From the NCBI GenBank assembly GCA_002269645.1, contig NIVC01003516.1:1-64000 (forward strand): a stretch of 64,000 bases of DNA, written 5' to 3'. The DNA is from Macrostomum lignano. Taxonomy: Eukaryota. Each line of letters begins with the position of its first letter. Position 1 is the first letter of the stretch. Under the pieces are notes generated by a model that saw only the letters and a list, made by a program, of their open reading frames with translations, ran no database searches and had not been told where the DNA came from. This document shows positions 14,102-27,026 of the stretch, piece after piece. Both the position numbers and the translations under genes were made by a program.

Positions 14102-14374
14102 GTGAGATTTCCAAGCCATACTGCTTCCTACCATATCACAGGTGAGATTTCCAGGCAATACTGCTTCCTACCATAGCACAGGGTGAGATTTCCAAGCCAT
14201 ACTGCTTCCTACCATAGCACAGGGTGAGATTTCCAAGCCATACTGCTTCCTACCATAGCACAGGTGAGATTTCCAAGCCATACTGCTTCCTACCATAGCA
14301 CAGGGTGAGATTTCAAAGCCATACTGCTTCCTACCATAGCACAGGTGAGATTTCCAAGCCATACTGCTTCCTAC
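14102..14374. repeat. 40/41-bp tandem repeat (GTGAGATTTCCAAGCCATACTGCTTCCTACCATAGCACAG), ~7 copies
   Basis: Head-to-tail units with no spacers. Confidence 0.95.
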
Positions 14375-15089
14375 ATAGAACGACGTGAGACTCCAAGGTC
14401 TCTGTTAACCGGGGCAAGCATATTGAATAATTTTTAAAAACCCTACCTCTGATGGCCTTTTAAATGGGGACTACTTCAGTATAAAACAAAGGGAGTTCGT
14501 CAATGCTTACAAAGAAAATGATTTTAAGTTTGTTTCTTTAAAGAAGAAGAAAATACGAAGAGTATTTAAGCATTCTATAGCGTAAAATGCATGCTCAAAA
14601 GTTTTTTCTCACACAATTGATCATTCAGTTTTGTAGGAAATTCAATCTAACAAAAAGCAGACAAAAGACCCCCCACGCGGTTTGCCAACGTTTACCAGCT
14701 TTAGATTTGTTTTGCAAATTCCTCAAACTCTGAGCATCTCTTTGTGAAATTTCATACGCCAGCTATCAAGAAAGCTTGCAAGACAACTGGAATTCTCTGT
14801 GTGTGCTTGCTGATAGCGCTAGCCACAGCCTTGGGCACGAGAAAAAAGGTCGATTTTGTGACTCTGCAGCCCAAGACACCTTTCAATGACCGATATCAAG
14901 ACTGACGGGGGTACAGAAAACAGGTTGAAGAAGCAGAAGTTGCTTTGCTAGTTAGAAATCCGATCTTCGAATAAAGATTGCTCCCAACCCGATAACAAAC
15001 GGGATTCTTCATGTGTGATCGAAGTCGCATTGAACCGTTTTATCCTCTCTTTAACTTTCAGACTGATAATAAAGGATCTCACTGCGCCT

Positions 15090-17395
15090 ATGACTAACGA
15101 AATGCAGTCTTCAGCTGACCAAGAAGAATTTAATGAAGAGAAGCAACTTCCCGCAACTGCCATGACTGTCATTAGTGGCAATCGTCACCTGTTATACTTT
15201 TGTCACCTGTGCAGCTTTGCTGGTGAGATTTGGTTAGATTTGGTTAGATATCCGAAATCACATTTCTAATAGATCTCAGTTTCTCGACCATTTTTTCTCT
15301 GTATTCTAGTGGGCTAGTGGTCTTTAGCCACCAGAAATATCTGCAACATAGTTCTGTATACAGTTGCAGATGTATGTCTTTGTCTGCACAACTGTGTCGT
15401 CACCACAGATACTAAAATAACTAGATGGGCCACTCAGGCACAAATACTTAGTAAAACTGCTTTCTACTTTCAGTTCAGTAGCAAAGAAGAATACATAAGC
15501 TATTTTATAAAAATAAAGGCAGCTGAAATGACCTTGATAAGTTTTGAAGCCCAAGCTTGCAGCTAGCCGTAAACAACTTGCTAATTGGTTCAGCAATAAT
15601 GTACATTAGCCACTGAAATGTACATGCCAGCTTTAGGCTGGAATTAAAAAAAACAATAAAAATTGGCGCGGGGCGGGGGTAGTGTGGAAAGGCGCGGGTG
15701 GAGGGTTTAAGTTTGGGGTAGAAGCCAATAAATGAGCCTTGTCTTCAAGACTACATTAAAATGCTTCAGTTTAACTTACTACTGAACTGAAAGTAGCTTG
15801 CGCGCAAATGTGCTGAGTGACCCATCTATTTATTCTAGTGTCTGTGATCGTCACCGACTCACCTGGCATTGAGTCAAGCGTATTAGCTTTTATTTTCTGT
15901 TTGTATAATTTCTCGGATCTCCATAGCAAACATTGCAAGAAGCGAAGCGCCAGGCTAGGTGGGAACAGAATACATTTAAACAAAACACTTTAATCTAGGA
16001 GACTGGTCTCATCTTGAAGGAATTTCAATCCGCTAATTGCCTGGTTGAATTCTGTTTTTGCCAATATTTATTTAATGAAAGGCAGAAACACTGCTCTGTC
16101 TGGTGCGGCAAAATTAGCAGCAGAATTTTCCTTTCGACGACTGGTTTAACTGATACAGTATTTGTCTTCAATTTGTAGAAAATAGCCATTTTTCTGCAAC
16201 AAAAAACCCTTTCCTCACTCATTGGTGCCCGCAGGAGACGCGCACAATGCAAAACTAAACAGAAGTAGATCCGCTTTGTTTCAATCCATTTATCATGATT
16301 GCACAACGCTTCCTCCGATTGCACAAAGCTCACTCAACTCAAAGCAGTCACGTGATTCGATCTCAGCTGCCCCACACATCTTCCCAACCCTGCCATCACA
16401 CGTTCAAACGCAGCATTCAACAACTTTACCTCCCAGGCGCCACTCAGGAGGCCTTCAAGGAGCACATGGCCACTCACTACGAGTTCCAATGCCCGGCGTG
16501 CGACTACAAGTCGCGCACGGACGGCCGGCTGAGGCGCCACCTAAAGGACTTCCACTCGGAGGTGCCACCGGACAGTTACTCGGGCAAGGCTGCGCCGTCT
16601 CGCCAGAAGCTCCACCGCTGCCGCCAGTGCAGCTTCGTGACGGACGACAGGTCTGAGTTCTGGCAGCACTCGCGCAGTCACATCAAGTCGGAGAGGCAGC
16701 TCGAATGCCCCAGCTGCCCGTTCGTCACTGAGTACAAGCATCACCTCGAGTATCACATCCGCAATCACCTGGGCTCGAAGCCATTCAAATGTCCGAAGTG
16801 CAACTACCAGTGCGTGAATCGGTCTATGCTGAATTCGCACATGAAGTCGCACACGAACGTGTACCAGTACCGCTGCCTGCACTGCAGCTACGCCACCAAG
16901 TACTGCCACTCCCTCAAGCAGCACCTGCGCCGTTTCGGACACCGTCCGGCAGCTGTGCTGAATGCCGATGGCAGTCTGCCGAAACCCGGAGCCCAGAGCC
17001 ACTCTGCATCGGCCAGGAGGATCCAACAGCCACAGCCGCCGCCACCGCCGCCACCTCAAGCACCGCCTCCGCCACTGCTGCCGCCGCCACCGCCGCTGCC
17101 GCCGCTGTGCCCGCCGCCGCCGCTGCCATTCCTCGGGCCGATCCTGCCTTTGCATGTGCCGCTGGATTTGACTGCAAAGCCGCCAGGAGGAGGCGGCGAT
17201 AGTCACAGTCAGCCTTCGATAGTTCAACGCTGCGAGTGCCATTTCTGCGGCATCGCGTTCAATGAGCCGCTGATGTTCGACCTGCACATGGGCTACCACG
17301 GCTTTGAGAACCCATTCAAATGCAACCGCTGCGGCTGCGAGGCCCGCGACCGACTGGAGTTTTTTGTCCACCTGGTGAGCAGCGCCCACTGCTGA
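15090..17395 (+). CDS. hb: Hunchback C2H2 zinc-finger transcription factor; exons 15090-15222 and 16437-17395, ~363 aa, 8 fingers (2+4+2)
   Basis: Central fingers [36 protein letters not shown] and [20 protein letters not shown] followed by VLNADG. C-terminal pair ...[16 protein letters not shown]...[11 protein letters not shown] phase-1 splice (GT 15223, AG 16436) rebuilds finger 1: [22 protein letters not shown]. Confidence 0.93.
15419..15830. mobile_element. Dispersed MITE-like repeat with short inverted ends; partial second copy at 62185-62315
   Basis: Ends AACTAGATGGGCCACTCAG / CTGAGTGACCCATCTATT; 15705-15800 matches 62215-62315 in reverse complement. Confidence 0.65.
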
Positions 17396-18299
17396 GCCGA
17401 GCAAGCAACCGAGACTATTAGAGCGTCCTGACGTGATACTAAAACCTCGTTTTACTCCACGAGCACAAGAGCTCGATAGTACTCATTTAATACATAGATT
17501 TTTTGTTTTTAAACAGATTTCAACAATCAACAATGGATAAATAATAATCAGCGGTCCCAGTGCGTGACAACTATTGTCTGGCAAGCGCCGGTAGGCGCGA
17601 GCCATAGACAAATCGTTGTCACGTGCTGCGACCGCTGATTTTTTGCATTGTATCGCTATTGGACGATCAAATCGTATGCTATGGTAGAGTGTATTCATAC
17701 CCTTCTCTCTAGCCTATTTGACGATATTAGCATTGAGGATTACCATAGACAAAACTAGGTTCAATGCCGAATGGCAAACAAACAATGAATTGTAACGCAT
17801 AAAAACTACAAATAATGATCGTCAAATTGCTATACAATGTAATCGTGCAGCATTAATCGCCCCTAGTTAATTACCCTAGTTTCTTAAACCCCTAAAGTAA
17901 CTTGTACGCTTGTACCCCCCTACACGCAATTGAATCATCAAATCAGTCACATCCTGAATGCACGACGTTCTGCACCGTACTCTTTAGTCTGCGCACGTAT
18001 TTTATGCGGCACTAAGCACCCTGGGTCAGAAATTAGTTGAGGTAAATACATTAAACAATAGTATCTTCAGTCTCCAGGATGCTATCATTTTACGTTAAAA
18101 CCTATGAAAGACAGCTCTTTCAAAAATGACTGTACAAAGCGGCATGGAGAATTACAATTAAAATTTAGTTTATGCATTACTTAATGTGTAATAATTATAA
18201 TATTATTAATTTGTGCAACCGACAGCTCAGCCGCAGCTACTGCGCGGCGCATCTGAAGGCTGCGTACACGGCTGTTCAGTCCAAAAGACTGGGGGGTCT

Positions 18300-18471
18300 C
18301 CACAAACACCCTCAATTACCCCAGCTAATGCATATTACAGATGGGTGAACTGAAGCGATGCAGAGTTAAGTGGTAAGTGTCTTGCTGAAGGACACAAATT
18401 GTTCCAGTAGGGATCGGGAATCGAACCCCCGACCTTTAAGTCGTGAGTCTAACGCTCTAACCACTAGGCTA
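18300..18471 (-). mobile_element. tRNA-derived SINE
   Basis: Minus strand reads TAGCCTAGTGGTTAGAGCG (A box), GGTTCGATTCCC (B box), then the GTGTCCTTCAGCAAGACACTT body motif typical of metazoan tRNA-SINEs. The 3' end is uncertain. Confidence 0.7.
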
Positions 18472-19446
18472 AAACCCCCCTCACAACCCTCACTAGACTA
18501 CAACCCTTCACTAGGCCAAAACCCCTCACTAGACTACAAACCCTCACCAGACTACAACCCCTCACCAGACTACAACCCCTAACTAGACTAAAACCCCTCA
18601 CTAGGCTACAACCCCTAACTAGACTACAACCCCTCACTAGGCCGAAATCCCTCACTAGACTACAACCCCTCACTAGGCCAAAACCCCTCACTAGGCCAAA
18701 AACCCTCACTAGACTACAAACCCTCACTAGACTACAAACCCTCACCAGACTACAACCCTCACCAGACTACAACCCCTCACCAGACTACAACCCCTCACCA
18801 GACTACAACCCCTCACCAGACTACAACCCCTCACCAGACTACAACCCCTCACCAGACTACAACCCCTCACCAGACTACAACCCCTCACCAGACTACAACC
18901 CCTCACCAGACTACAACCCCTCACCAGACTACAACCCCTCACCAGACTACAACCCCTCACCAGACTACAACCCCTCACCAGACTACAACCCCTCACTAGA
19001 CTACAACCCCTCACCAGACTACAACCCCTCACCAGACTACAACCCTCACCAGACTACAACCCCTCACCAGACTACAACCCCTCACCAGACTACAACCCCT
19101 CACCAGACTACAACCCCTCACCAGACTACAACCCCTCACCAGACTACAACCCCTCACCAGACTACAACCCCTCACTAGACTACAACCCTCACCAGACTAC
19201 AACCCCTCACCAGACTACAACCCCTCACCAGACTACAACCCTCACCAGACTACAACCCCTCACTAGACTACAACCCTCACCAGACTACAACCCTCACCAG
19301 ACTACAACCCCTCACCAGACTACAACCCTCACTAGACTACAACCCTCACCAGACTACAACCCTCACCAGACTACAACCCTCACTAGACTACAACCCTCAC
19401 CAGACTACAACCCTCACCAGACTACAACCCCTTACTAGACTACAAT
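18472..19446. repeat. 17/18-bp minisatellite (AGACTACAACCCCTCACC), ~54 copies
   Basis: Read directly; starts at the SINE 5' end. Confidence 0.95.
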
Positions 19447-20911
19447 TTTTAGATTCCTCCTACTGTATACTAGAGTATATACTACAGCATCGTGAAAATT
19501 TTTTATTTTTCAGTTTTTTTCAGATAAATTAATAATATGAGATTGGGTCGCATATTTAAGAACTTGAATAAGCAGGCAGTTAAAGTACATTAAATTGTAT
19601 TATATGGCTGCTATTAATTTTTTTGTGCTGTCATTCTACTCTATGATGTATAGTGAATAACGAGTTCAATAAAATTCTATGAAATATTTAAAGAAAACTA
19701 TTTATACTACTTAAATCAGTAGGTACACTACTTAAATAGTGTCTCATTTGTTAAAATAGCCTGCAAAGTGTGAAAGCGGCATTCGAAAAACTAAGAGACT
19801 AAGTCTAAGACACAACAAAAGACACGACACAGTTTCTGAGGCACTAAAAGAGGTCCTCTCCAAACACCAAGCAAGACTCAATGATGACTCCGCAAGAGCC
19901 TAGCATACAACTTTGTGCATGAGTTTAGGGTCTTTCGTCATGAAAAAACCAGATACGTATCATCTTAAAATCGAATTTAGAACTCATCTCGTATGTATGT
20001 ACTGAAGTAGATGCCAGCGAGGCTCTAGAGCATAGAAAAATCAATGCAGAATTGTATATGCTGATGACTGTACGCTCGTTAGGGTTTATCATTAATCTAT
20101 TTACGAATTGGAGAAAAAGGGTCTCGCTAGGCAATTATCTTAGTCTATGTAAGCTACACAGCTAAAATAGAAGAAATCTATTGTTGTTCTAAACGAGATT
20201 TAATAAATCAAGTATCAAGGATGTACTCTAGCACTGCGCACAAACTATTTAAACTCGCAAACAGGATATCAACAAACAAATCTTTCTTGGAAGGCAGAGT
20301 ATTCCTTTTCAAAGCCAGATTATAGAACACAGAGAGCTAAAAAGCGAGTGAGGGCCAAAACCGCGGCCTCTACTCAAGTATAGTTAAAAAGGGCCTGAGA
20401 CCCCTTGAAAGCTATAGTATAGTAGAACAAAAGAAAAGCTCAAGACTCCGTTGAGATGGGTTAGATTTTTAAGCGTGCTATACGAGGTATCTGGATAGCA
20501 AAGCTACAACATACAGTACAAAACTGAGCAATGGTGTACAGTATTAAAAGGCCCATTTATCTTATTCTCTCAGGGTCCGGGGCACAAAAAAGAAAGGAGG
20601 GTTAGTTAAAACGTTGAGCTTAAAACAGAACGAATTCTAAATATAGTATAAGCCGAATGAAAAAATTCATTGCAAATATTTTTATGGATCTTCTTTTAGT
20701 AAATCTTTGCTATATTATCCATAAAAGAATGAAAAAATCTTCGTCACTCTTACGTAAAGTAAAAATTGTCTGAGACCGTAAATGTGTGTAAATTGTTTTG
20801 CATATTGGTTTCATAGATTGAAAACTGTTAAAGAGTATTGTGTCAGGTCTGGCCAATCTGCATGTTTTAAATGATCAGTGTTCCTCCACCGATGTTTACA
20901 AGCACCTCTTT

Positions 20912-22252
20912 TCAATGCTTCTCCGTCTGAATCGCTATGGGCGGCAGCGTTTTCGTGCGATTCAACATTCTGTGAGGCGCCTGCGAGAGGGAAGCAGAAT
21001 TTGCTTCAGTTGACAGAGGTCGAGCACCAGGATCGGGTTTCTTGGAGGGTTGCTCGCTTGCTCGTGGTCTATAAGTGAGTGGCTGACTCCCTCTGACACT
21101 CTGCTTGGACAGATCCATGGTCTCCGTGTACGTGCCTCTCGAACCCGGGGGTGATAGAGACGTTAAAATTGGTTGAATCACCGGAGGGTTTTTCCGATCA
21201 TTACCGATCTGGTTGAAGTGGTGTCCGAGTAACGCTCGTCGACCGCCCCCAGAGGGAGCGGCTCCCCTCCGCGGTGTAAACGCGGCGCTAAGTAGGGGCT
21301 GCGACGAATCGTCTGCTGCTCCTTGCTGCTGCCGCCGCCGCCGCCGCTGCGGCGATAGTACATAGTACTCGATTGCGTCTGCACTTGGTCCATCAGTGGC
21401 CACATGCGGTGCCTGAAATGCGGTTTGAGCTCCAAGCTTGCCGGCATTCCGCAGACGACTCCTTGCTGTCCTTCCTGTTTGTCGCTGGTCTTGCGTTAAT
21501 CTTTCGATTCGCTGACGCTCCCTTTCAAACTCGACCTGCTGCGTATCGAGCTGCCTTTGATGCCTCTCCATTTGAAGTGCACCCGCGCGAGGTGCACCCT
21601 CTAGTGGTTTGAGCAGACGGGAAATTCTTTTACTTAAGTCAGTAGCCAGTTTTGCAGCAAACGCCTCGCCATCAGCGCACAGCTCCAGGCTCTCCACTGT
21701 CGGCTCTACCGGAGCGGCTCTCAGTTCCAGTCCGGCAGTGACGCCCTGTTCCGCTGACCGCTTCAGCTGCTCCATGTCGGCTGCCCACTGCGCCGCAGCT
21801 TCGTGATGTCGCTTCAATGCACCGATTGACGCGTCAAGTCGCTCCCGCTGAGTTGCTACCGCCTGCTGCATTTTCGACTCGATGACCGACAGGCAGCGAT
21901 CGATTTGGTCCGACTTCTCCATGGCTGCTCGGGCCGCATCCTGCGACTGCTGTCGGGTTCTCTGCAGCTCCTCGATGCTCGGCAGCTGGTTGGAGATCTC
22001 TCTGGCTCTAATAACTCGATTAGCCTCGATCAGCCTGACCATGGACAGATTCTGCGGCAGCTGCTCCGGCCGCGTCTGAGTCACATGTCGGCAGGTCGGG
22101 CATCGAAGAACTCCTTGGTTCTCCAGCAGTCGTTGAAGGCATTCGAGGCAAAATGTGTGCTGGCAGTTTAGCGCTGTTGGCCTTCCCTGCTCCTCGCAAC
22201 AGATAGGGCAGCTGACGTCAGACTCAGCGATGATCGAGTTTGGTTCGGTCAT
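20912..22252 (-). CDS. RING-HC finger plus coiled-coil protein (TRIM-like E3 ligase, no B-box seen)
   Basis: CPICC...ALNCQHTFCLECL...CPTC followed by helical Q/E/R-rich segments; 446-aa open frame. The C-terminal extent is uncertain. Confidence 0.75.
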   Translation of the reverse strand: MTEPNSIIAESDVSCPICCEEQGRPTALNCQHTFCLECLQRLLENQGVLRCPTCRHVTQTRPEQLPQNLSMVRLIEANRVIRAREISNQLPSIEELQRTRQQSQDAARAAMEKSDQIDRCLSVIESKMQQAVATQRERLDASIGALKRHHEAAAQWAADMEQLKRSAEQGVTAGLELRAAPVEPTVESLELCADGEAFAAKLATDLSKRISRLLKPLEGAPRAGALQMERHQRQLDTQQVEFERERQRIERLTQDQRQTGRTARSRLRNAGKLGAQTAFQAPHVATDGPSADAIEYYVLSPQRRRRRQQQGAADDSSQPLLSAAFTPRRGAAPSGGGRRALLGHHFNQIGNDRKNPPVIQPILTSLSPPGSRGTYTETMDLSKQSVRGSQPLTYRPRASEQPSKKPDPGARPLSTEANSASLSQAPHRMLNRTKTLPPIAIQTEKH

Positions 22253-24062
22253 ACTGGAGTGGGTCGGTATTTCTGTTCCGCACTAGGCAAAAGGCTGCGA
22301 AACTGCTTGTATTTGTGCTTAAAGCTAGCATATAAACTGATATTTATGGACAACCGCGATTAAGTCCGAGAGACTTTGCTGTCATGGCTATTTTTAAACG
22401 TTAGACAGATGGATTTTACCGGAGCTACAGGTGACAGGCGACCAACCATCTCAAATCTGGAGCTTTATTAAGCAAAAGCACAAACACCCACGATAATATT
22501 CGCGTTCAGGCTGCACATCAAAACTTTTCTGTACGCCTTTTTTAAGGGGTGGGCTTCATTGTCTTCATTGTGCAGACAGTTTTGCTCAGAAGAGTGATAT
22601 AGCCAATCAATATTAGCTAGGCCTGTGAATACGTAAACTATTTGTATTGACGTACATTTAGAATTGGTGCACGCATAAAAATCTTCAAAAATTTTCTTCG
22701 CTACTTTATCGAGAAAATCTTTTAAATGTTAAAATCATTTTGGAGCAAGAATTAAAATCTTATTGAAGGTTGAATACATTTAGGTTTTGATTTAGATTCA
22801 GCTTCAGAACATAGATTACTTGAAGTAGCCATCTGCGCCCCCTGTTGGGGAGCTGGAACAAAGAAAAGCAATCATTGTTTAATAAACTACGAGCTATTAA
22901 TAGTTTAGCTTTTAGATTTTTGCTTTTAATCTTGTACAGTCGCTGTTGTTAATTTCTTACGAAAAAATACGTTTTAAAAGAAAGAAGCATCAAGCCCTGA
23001 ACGCCAGCTACCCTGCCTAAGATATCAGCATCCGAGGCCTTTAGGTTTTGCCATCAAAGCCTTCTCCCTTTAAACCTAATTCTTAGTCTCCTTTTGATTA
23101 TAATTGGCCTACTAACAACTCCCAATTAATCCTTGGCATCTCAGCAACTCCCCATGAGCCAAAGTATTTCAGCAATCCCCCTACGAGCCTTGACATCTCA
23201 GAAATTCCACTATCTACCGAAAGCGACAGTATTCGTATTCATAACACGGCTACGAGCATAGAAATAGTTGTAAAAGGCAGCATCACAGAAGATCTTGGGA
23301 ATATTTGATGCCAATTTTAGAACCCCGCCAGCAGCTCTGTAGCAAAAGCTTTTAAGCCTGGGGGGCAACCAGTTCTTGGGAGCAAACAACTCCATTTCAC
23401 CACTGCAATGGAGATGAAAAACGAGGACCTGCAGGTTCAGTGAAATTTTTCGTGTAAGCGAGTGAATTTAGGAGCAGAATAGCAGCAGCAGCCATGCTTT
23501 ACAGCCAAAAAATCGATACAGACTCCACTTTCTGCTTTTGGCTAGAGCGAGTAGGGAGGGCGGCCTGAGTACCGCTCACACAATTGGCTCGCTCCGGCCT
23601 CTTCCGCCTCCATTTTCCACTGCTGACAGTCAAACCGGCATAAATACCCCGAATTTTTGCCGAGAAATATCCCTTGTCTCTGACCAGGAGTGTGATCAAC
23701 TACCAGTCACTGTATCGGACAACGGTCAGATAAAAAGCCAATGGCATTCACAACGTCCACAGGCTCTGCGGCGACAGCTGCCAAGAGGCTTCAGCAAATG
23801 ACCAGGTAGGCTGGTTGTTCCTGTATTTCCCTAATCTGTCAGAGCTCGTTAAAATAATTAGTCCAATTTGGTTCCAGCCAGGCCTATTTAGGTACTCATA
23901 CAGGTAGGACCCGTCTCTCAACACCACTTCAAGTGCGTCATCTCCCCAAACGTATTAAGGTATTGTAAGAACTGATTTAGACCTATCAGATCCCATCAGT
24001 TGGGTTACCGTTCGATGTGGCCCACTCGTACAGTTGAGGACCTATAGTATGGAGACCTTTAG

Positions 24063-24412
24063 GGGGCCGTAGCCCAGTGGTCTGGCGCGGCGCTCTGATG
24101 TGGCAGCGGCCCAGGCTCGATTCCAAGTGCAGTCGCATTAATTTGGGGCTAAATTGGAATCTCGGCTTGGCTCTGCTCGTGCAATTAACGGCCTTGAAGG
24201 CCAACCCCCAAGGCGCAGGGAAGTGTACATGCCTAACAATAAAAGTTAGGGCCGCTGTACACTCCTGTGTGAGTGTATGACTGCGTACGTATCCTTGCGC
24301 TTGTGTGCCTGCTCAGGGGAGTCGGCGGAATGGGCAGTAATGCCTCTCGCCGGTTGTGCGACAATGTCGCTTGAAGTGCGCCAGGGTGCACGCAGCCTTT
24401 AACTAAAAAAAT
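24063..24412 (+). mobile_element. tRNA-derived SINE family 2, copy 1
   Basis: A-box-like TAGCCCAGTGG, B-box-like GCTCGATTCC, A-rich tail; strong similarity to 54911-55231. Confidence 0.7.
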
Positions 24413-25262
24413 GGAGACCTTCAGTTGGAGCTCACGCTTGTTGAGTTCCCTCCAGTTCAGGCCTTCAGTTGAGGCTCAGTTTAATCAGCTTAGTTGGTAT
24501 AATTCAGGTACACTGGTAAACTGCAAAGAACATTGGTACAGGTATTGCTCAACGCTGACGAGATTATGACAGCCGCCAGTTGCCACTAGAGATTAATTTT
24601 TTTATTTTGCATGACAGGAATTCGACAGGTGAAGAGGAAAAAGATGTCACTCTGGAAATAAATAATAAACTCAACTATGGAGCAAAGCCGACATTGATTG
24701 TACTATGTACAATAATTCTTCAAAAGCCAGGACTTTTTTTGTTACAAGCTGGAACGTTGTGCTTTGGGAGTCAGGGAGCACAGCCAGGGTTTTGAAGAAA
24801 ATACAATGCTCATGACGATGTTGTGACGTTGTGAACATGTTCTTGCATAAATGCTTATAACAGTGTTAATTTTTATTTGCTAGTAAAGGTAGGTTTCGCT
24901 CATTATCACAGAGTTCCTGTAGGACAAACGTCATTTTTCTACCATTTACAATTTCTATTGATATTCCCTATAAGTATTCGCATTCACCATGAAAGCTGGC
25001 TGCCCGATTCCTTTTTGAGCACGTCTCACGCCTCCTGTTTCCCGGGCTCCCGCATCTCATCTCTCATTACAGGCCACCTGTTCCATTCCCAGGATCACTA
25101 AAGGCTTGTACTGCACTGGCTGTAGCTTTCAATTCCTGCTGTTCATGATTGACAAGCAAGGTCTGGCGCAGAGAATTCCGCTTTTAATAGAAAGAAACCT
25201 TTGTGTGGCATCAGTATGCCTCCCCTGTTGCTGGGCGTCGGCGTGACTGAGCCAGTCATATA

Positions 25263-25667
25263 TACCTTTTTGCAATCAATTTCGTCGTTTTTGCGTTCAA
25301 TTTCGGCGCGAGCGCTAGTGTGCAGTCTAAACAACTGAGCCATAGACACTGGGCAACTTTTGCGTTCAAATTTCGGCAGCGCAATCACATGGGCCGCACT
25401 GTGGGCACAGTTCGAATGTTTTTGCCATAGACACTTTCTCACTCGATCGCATTCAGTGAGGGTGGGACAAAAAATTTGTCTCCTAAAGCAGGCCTATAGT
25501 CGTCTCCGCAAGTATGTTTGATGCCGTAAGCTGCCGAAATAGGACGCAAAAAGGCCGAATTTGAACGCAAAAGTTGCCCAGTGTCTATGGCTCAGTTGTT
25601 TAGACTGCACACTAGCGCTCGCGGCGAAATTGAACGCAAAAACGACGAAATTGATTGCAAAAAGGTA
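25263..25667. mobile_element. MITE with ~115-bp TIRs, probable TA TSD (Tc1/mariner-like)
   Basis: 25263-25377 is the reverse complement of ~25554-25667; TA dinucleotides flank both ends. Confidence 0.75.
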
Positions 25668-26297
25668 TATTAAGTGGCCAATTTTTCGCTCGATTGTACA
25701 CATTTAGAATGGCGGTTTCGCCTCAAGACTGCTCCTCAAGGTTGATTAAAGTTTTGTCTATGTCCCAGATCGATGCAGAATATAGACGTAGGGCCTATGA
25801 CTATATTTAATAACAGAAATGCCTCCAACATATTTTTACGGTTATTTCACGTATCTTGCGTTCGTTTGGTGTCAAAAACTTTATTCAGCCTAATCAGGAA
25901 AATCAGGAAACTTTAATCAGGAACAATCTTGAGGTGAACCTGATCGGCATTCTATGTGTGGAAGTGACCACTTTTTTATATTGATTTCGCACTTTTAGCT
26001 CGTAGTGTTTTTAGGATCAAAGTTCTAACCTAAAGCCTGAGGGTGCGGAGAAATGGAAACTGATGGGAGGATTAAGGAAAGGGAGATTAGCAGCTCGTCA
26101 AGGGAGGCACTAGAAAATAGAAGGATACCTCTTATGGTTTCGAGTGCCATAGGAATACAGGCTAAAAAGTTCGACCATAGACAAAATGCCCAGGCCGAAC
26201 ACAGAAATCCATAAATCCCAATAAATCTAGCGATTTAGGAAATCTAGCTCCGGTAACAGCAAGAAAACGTCAGAAAAGATTGACAGGGAAGTGAACA

Positions 26298-26824
26298 GGG
26301 GGGTCTTTCTCGAAAGCAACTTACGATCGACCATAGACGTAAGTTGGGTAAGCTACACTTACGGGTTGCTCGAAGGGCTCGCAAGTTAGCTATGCGTAAG
26401 ATTGATCGCAACTTTACGAGTTCGTAACTTTGCGCAAAAGACTGTTTCTCGAAACGTTCGTATGTCTATGGTCTTTCGTAAGGTTGATCTTAACCCTACG
26501 ACTGCTCGGTATCAGTCGTAAGACGCACTTGAGCACTAATCGCATAGTACGTGAAGCTTTAGTCAAGCCAAGTCAAGTTAAATTTTATCGAAGGTGGGTC
26601 TTTCTCGAAAGCAACTTACGATAGACAAAGTAAAGATATTTACAGATTTATGACCATAGACATGCAACTTTTCGTTTCAGATACGACTTACGAACAGCGT
26701 AAGCCACGCAAAATCTAAGTGAGTTTTGAGAAAGCTTCTTACGAGCAAACTTACGCTACACGTAAATTTCTTTCTTACGATCTAACTTACCATAGAACTT
26801 ACGTGAGTTTCGAGAAACACCCCC
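26298..26824. mobile_element. MITE with GGGGG-ended short TIRs (Harbinger-like), rich in CTTACG/CGTAAG
   Basis: GGGGGTCTTTCTCGAAA ... TTTCGAGAAACACCCCC; an internal copy of the end at ~26596; TSD ambiguous. Confidence 0.55.
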
Positions 26825-27026
26825 AGTAGCACCAAACACGCTGGATCTACTCTCGTATTTCTGTTAAAGGTCTGTTAAGCGTGCTTGTAGGACTGTATTT
26901 GCACGGGTTTGAGTTGCTTAAGTCTGTCTCTAAGTGCATCGTGTGATATTATTTAACATGAAGCTTTTCTTGGAATGTGCTGAATTCTCGATAACTCTGT
27001 CCATGTGATTCCATAGAGCCTTGAGT

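Noticed and set aside
14102-14374. CRISPR-like look of the 40-bp array (and other arrays)
   Set aside because: Units are head-to-tail with no unique spacers, there are no cas genes, and the context is eukaryotic.
16541-17404. Long antisense or alternative-frame ORFs over hb, ataxin-7-like, RGS and polB
   Set aside because: Shadow ORFs of GC-rich coding sequence; the sense frames carry the conserved motifs.
18400-18471. tRNA gene (Val-CAC-like loop)
   Set aside because: The stems pair poorly and the head runs into a SINE body motif, so it is called a SINE.
19760-20000. Possible non-LTR retrotransposon restriction-like endonuclease remnant (KRHDTV...KKPD)
   Set aside because: Only two short motifs with an intervening stop, and no reverse transcriptase motifs recognised; needs tBLASTn/HMM support.
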